NCBI GenBank assembly: GCA_963703345.1
Contig: OY969814.1
Coordinates: 1,408,001-1,472,000, forward strand
Length of the DNA stretch: 64,000 nt
Reading direction: 5' to 3'
From: an uncultured Chloroflexia bacterium
Lineage (GTDB): Bacteria > Chloroflexota > Dehalococcoidia > DSTF01 > JALHUB01
Shown here: positions 17,078 through 26,743 of the stretch, in pieces
How positions within the stretch are numbered: position 1 is the stretch's first letter
Layout of the letters: every line of letters starts with the position of its first letter
Position numbers and translations under genes: made by a program
The notes under the pieces: generated by a model
The model's database searches: none
What the model was told of the DNA's origin: nothing
Seen by the model: the letters and a program-made list of their open reading frames with translations, nothing else

Positions 17078-19960
17078 ATGAACAGCGACCAGATAAGAAA
17101 ACGCTTCCTCGACTTCTTCCAGGCGCGCGGCCACCGGATCATACCCAGCTCGCCACTGGTGCCGCACGGCGACCCGACGCTCCTCTTCACCAGCGCCGGC
17201 ATGGTCCAGTTCAAGCCCTACTTCATGGGCAAGGAGAAACCGCCGGCGCCGCGCATGGCATCCGTCCAGAAGTGCTTTCGCACGAGCGACATCGACGAAG
17301 TGGGCGACGACACGCACCTCACCTTCTTCGAGATGCTGGGCAACTTCAGCGTCGGCGACTACCTCAAGAAAGAGGCCATCGAGTGGGCCTGGGAGCTGTT
17401 GACGGACCCGAAGGAGCAGATCGCCCTGCCGAAGGAATGCCTGTGGGTGAGCGTCTACCTCGACGACGATGAGGCGTACGGCTACTGGCGTGGCCTCGGC
17501 GTCCCGGAAGAGCGCATCATGCGCTACGCCGAAGAGGAGAACTACTGGTTCTCCGGCGACATCGGCCCCTGCGGCCCCTGCTCCGAGATCCACTACGACT
17601 TCGCGCCCGACTTCGGCCCGACGCCCGGCTGCCCGGAGTGCGAGAAGGGTACGTGCCATCCGGCGGTCGACTGCGGCCGCTTCACCGAGCTGTGGAACCT
17701 CGTCTTCACGATGTACTTCCGGAACGAGGACGGCTCCCGCAGCGACCTGCCGCAGAAGAACATCGATACCGGCGCCGGCCTGGAGCGCTGGGCCAGCGTC
17801 TTGAATGACAAGCGCAACGTGTATGACACGGACCTCTTCCGCCCAATAATCAAGCGAATCGAAGACCGCACGTCCTGCCAATACGATGGGGGAGATGAAC
17901 CGACAAGACGAGCCATGCGAATCATCGCGGAACATACCAGAGCGGCCGCCTTCCTGATCGCCGATGGGGTCATGCCAAGCAATGAGGGAAGGGGCTACGT
18001 CCTGCGACGTGTTCTGAGACGCGCCATCTATTTTGCTCATCGTTTCACGGAAGTTCGCATGATGCACATCGTCGCCGAAGAGATAATCGAGAAGATGTGG
18101 CGGCGGTATGAACAGCTCAAAGAGCAGGCCTCGTTGATATGCGAAGTCGTGGCTGCTGAAGAGGAGAGGTTTGTGCGCACGATGGGGCGGGGAGAGAGCG
18201 CCATCGAGGCGATTGCCCAGCATGGTCAAGCGTTGTCGGCGTATCTCAAGAGACGGGACGCTGGAAGATGGGCAGCTCGTGCGATTCCGTTGCGGGAGCT
18301 GTCATTCTCGTCGAACTGGATCCCCGAGAATCTGAAAGCGGCGGTGCTAAAGCCATACGAAGGCTTGGTTGGCCAGCAACATTGGGGCGCTGACGAGGCT
18401 TCGATACAAGCTGCTGCCGAACTCCCCATGGCCATTACCGGCGAGGCCGAATTCATCCTCTGGGACACCTACGGCTATCCTAAAGAGCTAACTGAGGAGG
18501 TCGCGAAGCGTCACGGCCTCGAAGTGAGCGAGACCGCTGATGCGGAATTCGAGCGGCTTATGGAGGAGCAGCGGGAGCGCGCCCGCGCCGCCGGACGCTT
18601 CCGACTCAGCGAGGCGGAGTCGGCGGAGGCTTACGCCGCGCTCTCCCACCTGCAGCCACGCTTCACCGGCTACGACACGCTCTCCCAGCAGACCAGCGTC
18701 GCCGGCATCATTTCGGGAGGCGCCGCCGTGGAGTCCGTTGAGGCGGGCGAGGAAGCGGAGATCGTCCTCTTCGAGACGTCGTTCTACGCCGAGCAGGGCG
18801 GCCAGGTCGGCGACACCGGCGAGATCGTTGCGTCAAGCGGCCGCTTCCGCGTCGAGGACACGCAGCGCACCGAGGGCAGCCTCACTCTCCATCGCGGCCG
18901 CGTGGTTGAAGGGTGCATCGCCGTCAACGACGACGCCATCGCTCAAGTGGACGCCGGCCGCCGCTGGGACATCATGCGCAACCACACGGCGACGCACCTG
19001 CTGCACGCCGCCCTGCGTCGCGTGCTGGGGCCGCACGCTCGCCAGGCGGGCTCGCTCGTCGCGCCGGACCGCCTGCGATTCGACTTCACGCACGTGGAGG
19101 CGCTGAAGCCGGACGAGCTTTCCCGAGTGGAGCGCCTGGTCAACGAGAAGATACGCGAGAACCTGCCGGTCCGGACGCAGCGCCAGAGCTACGAAGAGGC
19201 GACGGCCGGCGGCGCGACGGCGCTGTTCGACGAGAAATACGCCGCCGAGGTGCGCGTCGTCGAGGTCACCGAAGATAGCGAGCGCTACAGCGCGGAGCTT
19301 TGCGGCGGCACGCATGTCCATGCGACCGGCGACATCGGCCAGTTCGTTATAGTCGGCGAAGAGAGCATCGGCGCCGGATTGCGGCGCATCGAAGCGCTGA
19401 CCGGCCGCGGCGCCGAGGAGCACGTCCGCGATCGCCTGGCCACCCTCCAGCGGCTTCGCGACCGCCTGAGCGTCACCGGCGACGACCGGGAGCTGACGGG
19501 TCGCGTGGAAGCGCTGCTGCAGGAAATGGAATCGCTGAAGCGGCGCGTGCAGGCGCTGGAACGGGAGATAGGACGCAATCGCGCCGAATCGCTGCTGGCG
19601 GAGGCCGAGCATGTCGACGGGCGGGCGCTGCTGTCGGCGCGCGTGCCCGGGAGCAGCCCGGAAGCGCTGCGGGAGATGGGCGACTGGCTCCGCGAGCGCT
19701 TGGGGAGCGGCGTCATCGTCCTCGGCACCGTCGTAGAAGGCCGGCCCAACCTACTGGCGATGGTCACACCCGACCTCACGGCGCGCGGCGTCAATGCTGG
19801 CGAGCTTGTCAAGAGAGCGGCGGAGGTCACCGGCGGCGGCGGCGGCGGCAGGCCGGAGATGGCGCAGGCGGGTGGTCGTGACGCCAGCCGGCTCGATGAA
19901 GCGCTGCGCCTCGCGAAGGAGCTGGCCGCGGACAAGATGAGAGGGCTCAAGGACTCGTAA
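17078..19960 (+). CDS. alaS: Alanine--tRNA ligase, with an internal insertion
   Basis: HLTFFEMLGNFS, GPCGPCSEI, IDTG.GLER, NHTATHLLH, ELCGGTH and GGGGGRPEMAQAGG motifs. Confidence 0.97.
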   Translation: MNSDQIRKRFLDFFQARGHRIIPSSPLVPHGDPTLLFTSAGMVQFKPYFMGKEKPPAPRMASVQKCFRTSDIDEVGDDTHLTFFEMLGNFSVGDYLKKEAIEWAWELLTDPKEQIALPKECLWVSVYLDDDEAYGYWRGLGVPEERIMRYAEEENYWFSGDIGPCGPCSEIHYDFAPDFGPTPGCPECEKGTCHPAVDCGRFTELWNLVFTMYFRNEDGSRSDLPQKNIDTGAGLERWASVLNDKRNVYDTDLFRPIIKRIEDRTSCQYDGGDEPTRRAMRIIAEHTRAAAFLIADGVMPSNEGRGYVLRRVLRRAIYFAHRFTEVRMMHIVAEEIIEKMWRRYEQLKEQASLICEVVAAEEERFVRTMGRGESAIEAIAQHGQALSAYLKRRDAGRWAARAIPLRELSFSSNWIPENLKAAVLKPYEGLVGQQHWGADEASIQAAAELPMAITGEAEFILWDTYGYPKELTEEVAKRHGLEVSETADAEFERLMEEQRERARAAGRFRLSEAESAEAYAALSHLQPRFTGYDTLSQQTSVAGIISGGAAVESVEAGEEAEIVLFETSFYAEQGGQVGDTGEIVASSGRFRVEDTQRTEGSLTLHRGRVVEGCIAVNDDAIAQVDAGRRWDIMRNHTATHLLHAALRRVLGPHARQAGSLVAPDRLRFDFTHVEALKPDELSRVERLVNEKIRENLPVRTQRQSYEEATAGGATALFDEKYAAEVRVVEVTEDSERYSAELCGGTHVHATGDIGQFVIVGEESIGAGLRRIEALTGRGAEEHVRDRLATLQRLRDRLSVTGDDRELTGRVEALLQEMESLKRRVQALEREIGRNRAESLLAEAEHVDGRALLSARVPGSSPEALREMGDWLRERLGSGVIVLGTVVEGRPNLLAMVTPDLTARGVNAGELVKRAAEVTGGGGGGRPEMAQAGGRDASRLDEALRLAKELAADKMRGLKDS

Positions 19961-19961
19961 T

Positions 19962-20402
19962 TTGCGTTTTCTCGGGCTGGACGTTGGCGAGAGGCGCATC
20001 GGCGTCGCGATAAGCGATCCCAACGGCCAGGTCGCGGTGCCTCTGCGGACGCTCCAGGCGAGGACGCAGGAGGCAGCCGTCAGGGAGATCGCGGCGCTCG
20101 TGGCCGAGGAAGGCGTCGAAGCCGTCGTCGTGGGCCTGCCGCTGCGGCTCGACGGCGGCGTGGGCGAGCAGGCGGAGAGCGTGCAGCAGTTCGTGCGATT
20201 GCTGCTGCCTGCGGTCAACGTGCCGGTGACACTCTGGGACGAAAGGCTTTCGACGGTGCAGGCGGAGCAGCTACTGCGGCGCGAGAGCCGCTCCAGGCCC
20301 GGCGGCAGGCGTGCCCCTCGAAAGAACGAAGCGGAAAAGGACGCCCTGGCGGCCGCGATAATCCTCCAGGGCTATCTCGATAGCCGGCCGGCCGGAGAAT
20401 AG
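19962..20402 (+). CDS. ruvX: RuvX/YqgF-family nuclease
   Basis: LGLDVG.RRIGVAISD, VVGLP, WDERLST and D.LAA.IILQ.YLD motifs. Confidence 0.93.
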   Translation: MRFLGLDVGERRIGVAISDPNGQVAVPLRTLQARTQEAAVREIAALVAEEGVEAVVVGLPLRLDGGVGEQAESVQQFVRLLLPAVNVPVTLWDERLSTVQAEQLLRRESRSRPGGRRAPRKNEAEKDALAAAIILQGYLDSRPAGE

Positions 20403-20412
20403 GATAGGCGAA

Positions 20413-21468
20413 TTGTCGAAGCTGGCGCCCGCGGCGGCTGTTGCGCTGGCCATCGCGACGATAGCCGTCGTCGCCTGGGCAATCTGGATTATGCCCGGCG
20501 GCATCCTCACCAGCGAGCCGTCCGCCGCCCTGGGTCCGACGCCCGCCTCCGGCGTCGCTACCGTTACAATCGAAAACGGCGAAGCGGCGGGCAAGATAGG
20601 TCAGGACCTCCAAGGCGCCGGCGTCATTCAGAGCGCGACTCTCTTCCGCGTGCTTGTCGCGCTGATGGGGCTGGAGGACCAGCTCCAGGCCGGCGAATAC
20701 GAGTTCGACAAAGGGATGACGACGCTGGCGGCGATCGACCGCATCCACAATGGCATCACTGCGCCGCTGATGGTGACCGTCCCCGAAGGGCTGCGCGTCG
20801 AAGAGATCGCCGCCCTGCTGGACGCCAAAGGGGTCGTGCCGAAGGACGACTTCATGAACGCGGTCGCGGCCCGTCGCGCCGAAGCAGTCGTCGCCGGCGA
20901 CACGAGCGGCACCCTCGACGGCTACCTCTTTCCGGCGACCTACGGCTTCTCGCGCTCGGTCACGGCGGACAAAGCCGTCCAGCAGCTGCTAGACGCGTTC
21001 AACGAGCAGGTCCTGCCGGAGGTGCAGCCGCAACTGGCGAGCGTCGGCCTCACCCTCGACCAGGTGCTCACCCTCGCCTCAATCGTCGAGCGCGAGGCGG
21101 TCAAGCCGGAAGAGCGGCCGCTGATCGCCAGCGTCTTCATCAACCGGCTGAACATAGACATGCCGCTCGAGGCGGACCCCACCGTGCAATATGCCCTCGC
21201 TGACGACCCGCAGAACGTGGCGGCCTATGGCTACTGGAAAACGCAGCTCTCCGCCGACGATCTGAAGGTCGACTCGCCCTATAACACCTACGTGAACAAA
21301 GGCCTGCCGCCGGGACCTATCGCCTGCCCGGGACTCGACTCGATTCGAGCGGTGCTGCACCCGGCCCAGACGAACTATCTCTACTTCGTCGCCAAGAACG
21401 ACGGCAGCCACGTCTTCGCCGAGACGCTGGAAGAGCATCTTCGCAACGTGCAGCTCTATCAGCGCTAG
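20413..21468 (+). CDS. mltG: Endolytic transglycosylase MltG
   Basis: TM anchor, GYLFPATY, LASIVERE, L.ADPTVQY and SPYNTY...GLPPGPI motifs. Confidence 0.93.
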   Translation: MSKLAPAAAVALAIATIAVVAWAIWIMPGGILTSEPSAALGPTPASGVATVTIENGEAAGKIGQDLQGAGVIQSATLFRVLVALMGLEDQLQAGEYEFDKGMTTLAAIDRIHNGITAPLMVTVPEGLRVEEIAALLDAKGVVPKDDFMNAVAARRAEAVVAGDTSGTLDGYLFPATYGFSRSVTADKAVQQLLDAFNEQVLPEVQPQLASVGLTLDQVLTLASIVEREAVKPEERPLIASVFINRLNIDMPLEADPTVQYALADDPQNVAAYGYWKTQLSADDLKVDSPYNTYVNKGLPPGPIACPGLDSIRAVLHPAQTNYLYFVAKNDGSHVFAETLEEHLRNVQLYQR

Positions 21469-21487
21469 CGGTCCGAAAGCGAGAGAA

Positions 21488-22345
21488 ATGAAACGCGTTG
21501 GCCTCATCGGCTATCCCGTCGCGCATTCGCTGTCGCCGCTCATCCAGAACGTCGCCTTCGCCCACCATCACCGCGAGGAGCGCTATGAGCTGTGGGAGAC
21601 GGCGGCTTCTGAGCTCGAGGCGCGTGTCCGCAGCCTGCGCTCGCCCGACGCGCTCGGTGCGAACGTGACGGTGCCCTACAAGCAAGCTGTTATACCTTAC
21701 CTCGACCGGCTGGACGCGCTGGCAGAGCAGACCGGCGCCGTCAACACCATCGTCAACGAGGGCGGGCGCCTTGCCGGCTACAACACCGACGTCGCCGGCT
21801 TCCAGCGGGCGCTGGAAGCGACGGGCTTCTCGCCGGCGGGGCAGCCCGTCGCGCTGCTCGGCGCCGGAGGCGCGGCGCGGGCGGTGGGACTAGCGCTTGT
21901 GCGCTCCCACGCGGCCTCCATCGACCTCTGCGACGTCGATGCCGCGCGCGCCCAGACGCTGGCGGCGCACCTTCGCTCGCTGGCATCGGGCGGGACCGAC
22001 GTTCGCGCGCACGAGCCGTCGGATGCCTCTTTTCGAGAAGCGGTCGCGAAGTCTCTCCTTCTGGTAAACTGTACCCCCGTAGGCACGCGCCACAGCGAGC
22101 TCGAAGGGCAGGCGCCGGTCGATCGCGCGGGGATCCCGCCCGGCGCGCTCGTGTTCGACCTGGTGTATAATCCGCCGTTGACGCCGCTTCTGGCCGTATC
22201 TCAAGCGCGCGGCGCCCGCACGGTGAGCGGCCTGATGATGCTGGTCTATCAGGCGGCAGCGTCGTTCAAGCTGTGGACGGGGCTGGACGCGCCGGTGAAC
22301 GAGATGCTGGCGGCGGCCGAGCAAGCGCTGAACGAATTGACATAA
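21488..22345 (+). CDS. aroE: Shikimate dehydrogenase
   Basis: HSLSP, NVTVPYK, GAVNT, NTD, GAGGAARA and DLVYNP motifs. Confidence 0.93.
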   Translation: MKRVGLIGYPVAHSLSPLIQNVAFAHHHREERYELWETAASELEARVRSLRSPDALGANVTVPYKQAVIPYLDRLDALAEQTGAVNTIVNEGGRLAGYNTDVAGFQRALEATGFSPAGQPVALLGAGGAARAVGLALVRSHAASIDLCDVDAARAQTLAAHLRSLASGGTDVRAHEPSDASFREAVAKSLLLVNCTPVGTRHSELEGQAPVDRAGIPPGALVFDLVYNPPLTPLLAVSQARGARTVSGLMMLVYQAAASFKLWTGLDAPVNEMLAAAEQALNELT

Positions 22346-22365
22346 CATCGGCGAAGGAGAGGGAT

Positions 22366-23535
22366 TTGACGCTTCGCTTTCTGACGGCAGGCGAGTCGCA
22401 CGGCAAGGCGCTTACGGCCATCGTCGAGGGCATTCCCGCCGGGCTCGCCCTGTCCGAGGAGTACATCGCCTGCGACCTGAAGCGTCGCCAGGGTGGTTAC
22501 GGACGCGGCGGCCGCCAGAAGATCGAGAGCGACCGCGCGGAGATCGCCTCCGGCGTCCGCCACGGCCTGACGCTCGGCAGCCCCATCACCCTCGTCATCG
22601 CCAATCGCGACTGGGAGAACTGGCGCGACGTCATGGGCGTCGAAGCATCTGAGACGGCGGTCGAAAAAGTGACACGCCTGCGGCCGGGCCATGCCGACCT
22701 CGCGGGCGCCATGAAATACGCCCAGGACGACGTGCGCAACATTCTCGAACGGGCGAGCGCGCGCGAAACGGCGGCGCGAGTGGCAATTGGCGCCGTGGCG
22801 AGGCGTTTTCTCGAAGAGTTCGAGGTCGCCATTGATAGCCACACCGTCGCCATCGGTGGCGTCCAAGCCCGTCCCATCGACGAGCCGGACTGGCAGGCGG
22901 TCGAAGAGTCGCCGTTGCGCTGCGCCGACGCGGAGGCCGGGCAGCGCATGGTCGCCGCCGTCGATGCCGCCCGCACCGAAGGCGACAGCCTGGGCGGCGT
23001 CACGGAAGTCCGCGCCAGCGGCGTTCCGATAGGCCTGGGGAGCCACGTGCACTGGGACCGGCGGCTGACCGGTTTGCTGGCCCAGGCCGTCATGAGCATT
23101 CCTTCCGTCAAGGGCGTCGAGCTGGGCGACGGCTTCGGCGGGGCGCGAATGCGCGGTTCGGAGTCGCAGGACGTCATTCTGCCGAAGGGCGAATGGGCCG
23201 GCCGTCCATGGCGACGGGTCTCCAACCACGCCGGCGGCCTGGAGGGCGGCATGACGAACGGCGAGCCGCTAATCGTCCGCGCGGCGCTGAAGCCGATCTC
23301 CACGCTCGCACGGCGGCTTCCCTCTGCCGACCTGTCGACCGGCGAGGCCGTGGAAGCCCACTATGAGCGCTCGGACGTCTGCATCGTGCCGGTCGCCGGT
23401 GTTATCGCCGAGGCCATGGTCGCCATCGTCCTGGCCGCCGCGATGCTGGAGAAGTTCGGCGGCGACCACATGAGCGAGACGCTCCGCAACTATCGCGCCT
23501 ACGTCGAGACCATCGGTCCGCACCCTTCGAGCTGA
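22366..23535 (+). CDS. aroC: Chorismate synthase
   Basis: TAGESHG, RPGHADL, ERASARETA and GGLEGGMTNG motifs; TTG start after AAGGAG. Confidence 0.93.
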   Translation: MTLRFLTAGESHGKALTAIVEGIPAGLALSEEYIACDLKRRQGGYGRGGRQKIESDRAEIASGVRHGLTLGSPITLVIANRDWENWRDVMGVEASETAVEKVTRLRPGHADLAGAMKYAQDDVRNILERASARETAARVAIGAVARRFLEEFEVAIDSHTVAIGGVQARPIDEPDWQAVEESPLRCADAEAGQRMVAAVDAARTEGDSLGGVTEVRASGVPIGLGSHVHWDRRLTGLLAQAVMSIPSVKGVELGDGFGGARMRGSESQDVILPKGEWAGRPWRRVSNHAGGLEGGMTNGEPLIVRAALKPISTLARRLPSADLSTGEAVEAHYERSDVCIVPVAGVIAEAMVAIVLAAAMLEKFGGDHMSETLRNYRAYVETIGPHPSS

Positions 23536-23537
23536 TC

Positions 23538-25250
23538 ATGCCGTCGCAACCGCCGCGCCGCGTCTTCCTCACCGGCTTCTCGTTCACCGGCAAGTCGCGT
23601 GTGGCGCCGCTGGCCGCGCAAACGCTCGGCTGGCGCGGCCTCGACCTCGACGACCTCATCGAAAAAGCTGCCGGCAAGCCCGTGCCCGCCGTGTTCGCCG
23701 ACGAAGGCGAGGCCGCCTTTCGGCTGCGCGAGACGGAGGCCCTGCGACGCGCCTGCCGGGAGATCGAGGTCGTGGTCGCCACCGGCGGCGGGGTCGTGCT
23801 GGCGGAAGAGAATCGACGCCTCATGGCGGAGAACGGCTTCGTCGTCTGCCTGGAGGCGCGCCCGCAGACGATACTGTCGCGGCTGCAGCAGCCGAGCGAT
23901 CGCGAGGAGTCCGAGCGGCCGCTCCTGCGCGGCGATGACCCTCTGGGACGCATACTTCGCCTGAAGGCGCAGCGCCAACCGCTATACGCCCTGGCCGACT
24001 TCACGGTCCACACCGACGACATGTCGCCGGAGCTTGTTGCCGAAGAGGTCGTGCGGGCGTGGCACCGCTTCGCCGAGTGCCTCACCTACGACGGCTCGCG
24101 TCTCGCAGGTACTGGCGCGTCGCTTGCCGACGACGCAGATCTCGTCTGCATCGTCACGACGGAAACGGCGCGCTATCCCCTCTTCGCCGGCTGGGGGATC
24201 AGCGATCGCCTGGGCGAGAAGCTACGCGAGGCGGGCCTGAGCGACGCGGTCTACGTCGTCACGGACTCCAACGTTCAGCCGCATTACGGGAGCCTGATCT
24301 CCGACGTTCTTTCCGCGAGCGGTTTCGCGGTTAGCACGCGCGTCGTTCCGGCCGGCGAGGCAAGCAAGACGCTGGAAAGCGCCTCCCGCATCTACGACTG
24401 GCTGGCGGCGAACAGGGCGGAGCGCGGCCAGGCGGTGCTTGCGCTCGGCGGTGGCGTCATCGGCGACCTGGCCGGCTTCGTGGCCGCGACCTACCTGCGC
24501 GGGCTGCCGCTCGTCCAAATGCCGACCAGCCTGCTGGCGATGGTTGATGCCTCCATCGGTGGCAAGGTGGCGGTCGACCGGCCGGAGGCGAAGAACCTCG
24601 TCGGCGCCTTCTACCAGCCGCGGCTCGTCTTCGCCGACGTGTCGATGCTGTGTACATTGCCGGAGCGAGAGCTGGTCTCCGGTTGGGCGGAAGTGATCAA
24701 GCATGCGCTGGTGCTAAGTCCCGCGCTGCTGTCCGTTCTTGAAGATAACGTCGACGCTCTTCTCGCGCTGGACCCGGCCGCGACGACGGAGGTTGTGCGG
24801 CAGTCGATGGTCTTGAAGGCGCAGGTGGTCGCCGAGGACGAGCGGGAGCTTACTGGTCGTCGCAGCATCCTCAACTACGGCCACACCATCGGCCACGCGC
24901 TGGAGGCGGCGACGGGCTACAACGTCCTCCTGCACGGCGAAGCTGTCGCCTGGGGGATGGCCGGCGCGTCTGAACTGGGGCGACGACTGGGACTGACGCC
25001 GCCGGAGCTTGGCGAACGGCAGAACGCGCTCCTGCGACGCTTTGGGCTGCTGCGGCCCCTTCCGCCGATAAGCGTCGACGCCGTCCTTGCGGCGATAAGC
25101 CTCGACAAGAAGGTCGTCGGCAAGCGCGTCCGCTGGGTGGTGCTTTCGGATGTCGGACAGCCGGCGCTGCGAAGCGACGTGCCGGCGGAACTGGCAAGAG
25201 AAGTCGTGCGGGGGGTCCTAAGCGAAGCTTCCAAGGAGGGGCGGATGTGA
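23538..25250 (+). CDS. aroB: Shikimate kinase / 3-dehydroquinate synthase fusion (AroK-AroB)
   Basis: N-terminal G...TGKS P-loop, GE.AFR and ATGGG; C-terminal GGGVIGDLAGF, DASIGGK and LNYGHTIGHALE. Confidence 0.92.
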   Translation: MPSQPPRRVFLTGFSFTGKSRVAPLAAQTLGWRGLDLDDLIEKAAGKPVPAVFADEGEAAFRLRETEALRRACREIEVVVATGGGVVLAEENRRLMAENGFVVCLEARPQTILSRLQQPSDREESERPLLRGDDPLGRILRLKAQRQPLYALADFTVHTDDMSPELVAEEVVRAWHRFAECLTYDGSRLAGTGASLADDADLVCIVTTETARYPLFAGWGISDRLGEKLREAGLSDAVYVVTDSNVQPHYGSLISDVLSASGFAVSTRVVPAGEASKTLESASRIYDWLAANRAERGQAVLALGGGVIGDLAGFVAATYLRGLPLVQMPTSLLAMVDASIGGKVAVDRPEAKNLVGAFYQPRLVFADVSMLCTLPERELVSGWAEVIKHALVLSPALLSVLEDNVDALLALDPAATTEVVRQSMVLKAQVVAEDERELTGRRSILNYGHTIGHALEAATGYNVLLHGEAVAWGMAGASELGRRLGLTPPELGERQNALLRRFGLLRPLPPISVDAVLAAISLDKKVVGKRVRWVVLSDVGQPALRSDVPAELAREVVRGVLSEASKEGRM

Positions 25251-25537
25251 CGGAGGAGGAGCGCGCGGCGCTAAAGGCGGTTGTGCGGGGCGCGGTGCAG
25301 GCGGTCGGCTTTCGCCAGTTCGTCGTCCTGCAGGCGCGGGCACTCGGCCTCGGTGGCTACGTGCGTAACGCCGACGACGGCCGCAGCGTCGAGGTGGTGG
25401 CGGAAGGGCCGCAATCCGACCTCGAGGAGCTGGTGCGACACCTGTGGAAAGGACCCTTCATGGCGCGCGTCGATAGCGTCCAGGTGCGCTGGTGCCACGC
25501 CTCCGGCGAGTTCGGCAGGTTCGAGGCGCGCTTCTAG
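25247..25537 (+). CDS. acyP: Acylphosphatase
   Basis: V.G.VQ.VGFR and G.VRN..DG..VEVVAEG motifs. Confidence 0.88.
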   Translation: MTEEERAALKAVVRGAVQAVGFRQFVVLQARALGLGGYVRNADDGRSVEVVAEGPQSDLEELVRHLWKGPFMARVDSVQVRWCHASGEFGRFEARF

Positions 25538-26178
25538 CCGCGCCGTCGCACCGCCACGACGACGCTTTTCGGGTCGTCGACCCCCTTCAGCGGGCGCACC
25601 ATCCCTATCACCGTGCTGGCGACGATCTTGCGGACGAAGAGCGCCAGCGGCAGGCGCACGCCGTTGATGAAGAGCGCCGCGTCTTCGACGGGCTCCTGCG
25701 TGAGGAAGCGGCGGCGGACGAGCTCGGCCATGCGGGCGAAATCGTCGGCGGCGAAGGCGGGGATATCGAGCTCCGGCGGCTTGTCGCCCGCTATCGCGAG
25801 CAACTCGTTCTTGTGGCAAAGGAGCTCTGCGTCACCACGACGGACTTCCAGCTTCAGATAGGTGCTATTGCGAAAGCCGGCCGCGACCACAAGGTCGGGG
25901 TCGCCACGCATTTCCCAGACGAGCTCATCCAGCGACGGCTCCTCGTCGGATCGCCGGACCGACGCCACCGCGCCCGGCGCCCTTATGATCGCCATCTCGC
26001 TGCCCGCCGCCAGATAGTCGGCGGCCGCCTTCGACAGCTTCTCGAGCGCGGGCGGCTGCGTTGCCTCAACAGCAATGGCGATGCGCGCGCCGTGCGCCGT
26101 TAGCTCACGCAACAGCCCTTGGATGACCGCCTGCACGCCGGCGCGCTCTCTGCCCACGATGCAAAGTACGGGAGGCAA
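25534..26178 (-). CDS. MobB-like protein with degenerate P-loop
   Basis: MobB-like layout (PVLCIVG..., DLVV..GF, C-terminal L.ING..LPL..FV..IVA.TV.GMV..LKG), but the Walker A position reads GRERAGVQ. Confidence 0.55.
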   Translation of the reverse strand: MPPVLCIVGRERAGVQAVIQGLLRELTAHGARIAIAVEATQPPALEKLSKAAADYLAAGSEMAIIRAPGAVASVRRSDEEPSLDELVWEMRGDPDLVVAAGFRNSTYLKLEVRRGDAELLCHKNELLAIAGDKPPELDIPAFAADDFARMAELVRRRFLTQEPVEDAALFINGVRLPLALFVRKIVASTVIGMVRPLKGVDDPKSVVVAVRRRG

Positions 26179-26288
26179 GCATCTCCTCCTTCCCCGGCTA
26201 CTCTCCGTGCGACCAGTGCAACATCATCGCCGTCAGCTCATCGCCGGGGCGTACATCTGGTCTGGGGTCGCTCGGATGAAGGCTGCGA

Positions 26289-26537
26289 CTAGAACCGGAC
26301 GGCAAGGCAGGTGGTGGTGCGCTGCACGCCGTCAACGCGCTGGAGGACGTCGGTGATGCAGCGCCCCAGCCGGTCGAGGTCCTCCGCCTCGATCTGGACG
26401 ATCACATCGTAGGGGCCGGTCACGGTGTCGACCGCGACGATATCAGCGTCGGGGTTACTCAAGCGGGAGATGGCGTCGCTTATCGACCTTGCCCTGCCGA
26501 CCTCCGCCTCGATCAGGACGTATCCATGCACCGACAT
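26289..26537 (-). CDS. Stand-alone Lrp/AsnC ligand-binding domain protein
   Basis: YVLI...G, VTGPYDVIV and GV.RTTTC motifs; GAGG SD. Confidence 0.85.
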   Translation of the reverse strand: MSVHGYVLIEAEVGRARSISDAISRLSNPDADIVAVDTVTGPYDVIVQIEAEDLDRLGRCITDVLQRVDGVQRTTTCLAVRF

Positions 26538-26621
26538 CGTTGCCTCCTCTAGAGCTCGGTTTGCGAACATCATACGCGGCCCTCGCCTCGTGTCAAGCGA
26601 GCCGCTGGGCGGAGCGCTTCG

Positions 26622-26650
26622 TTGACTTGCCTCCGGCCCGATGCTATCAT
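26622..26650 (+). promoter_or_regulatory. Promoter of tRNA-Val / thrS; a divergent TTGACA-16-TATGAT promoter for the Lrp gene lies at 26569-26596 (-)
   Basis: TTGACT-17 nt-TATCAT with an extended -10 (TG). Confidence 0.65.
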
Positions 26651-26661
26651 CGTCCTGTTCC

Positions 26662-26738
26662 GGGCGATTAGCTCAGTTGGTTAGAGCGCTGCGTTGACAT
26701 CGCAGAGGTCACTGGTTCAAATCCAGTATCGCCCACCA
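26662..26738 (+). tRNA. tRNA-Val(GAC)
   Basis: GGGCGAT/ATCGCCC acceptor stem, anticodon arm CTGCG-TTGACAT-CGCAG, GTTCAAATC T-loop, encoded CCA. Confidence 0.97.
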
Positions 26739-26743
26739 TAGCA

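Noticed and set aside
23538-25250. AroK-AroB fusion as a novelty
   Set aside because: This fusion is known in several bacterial lineages.
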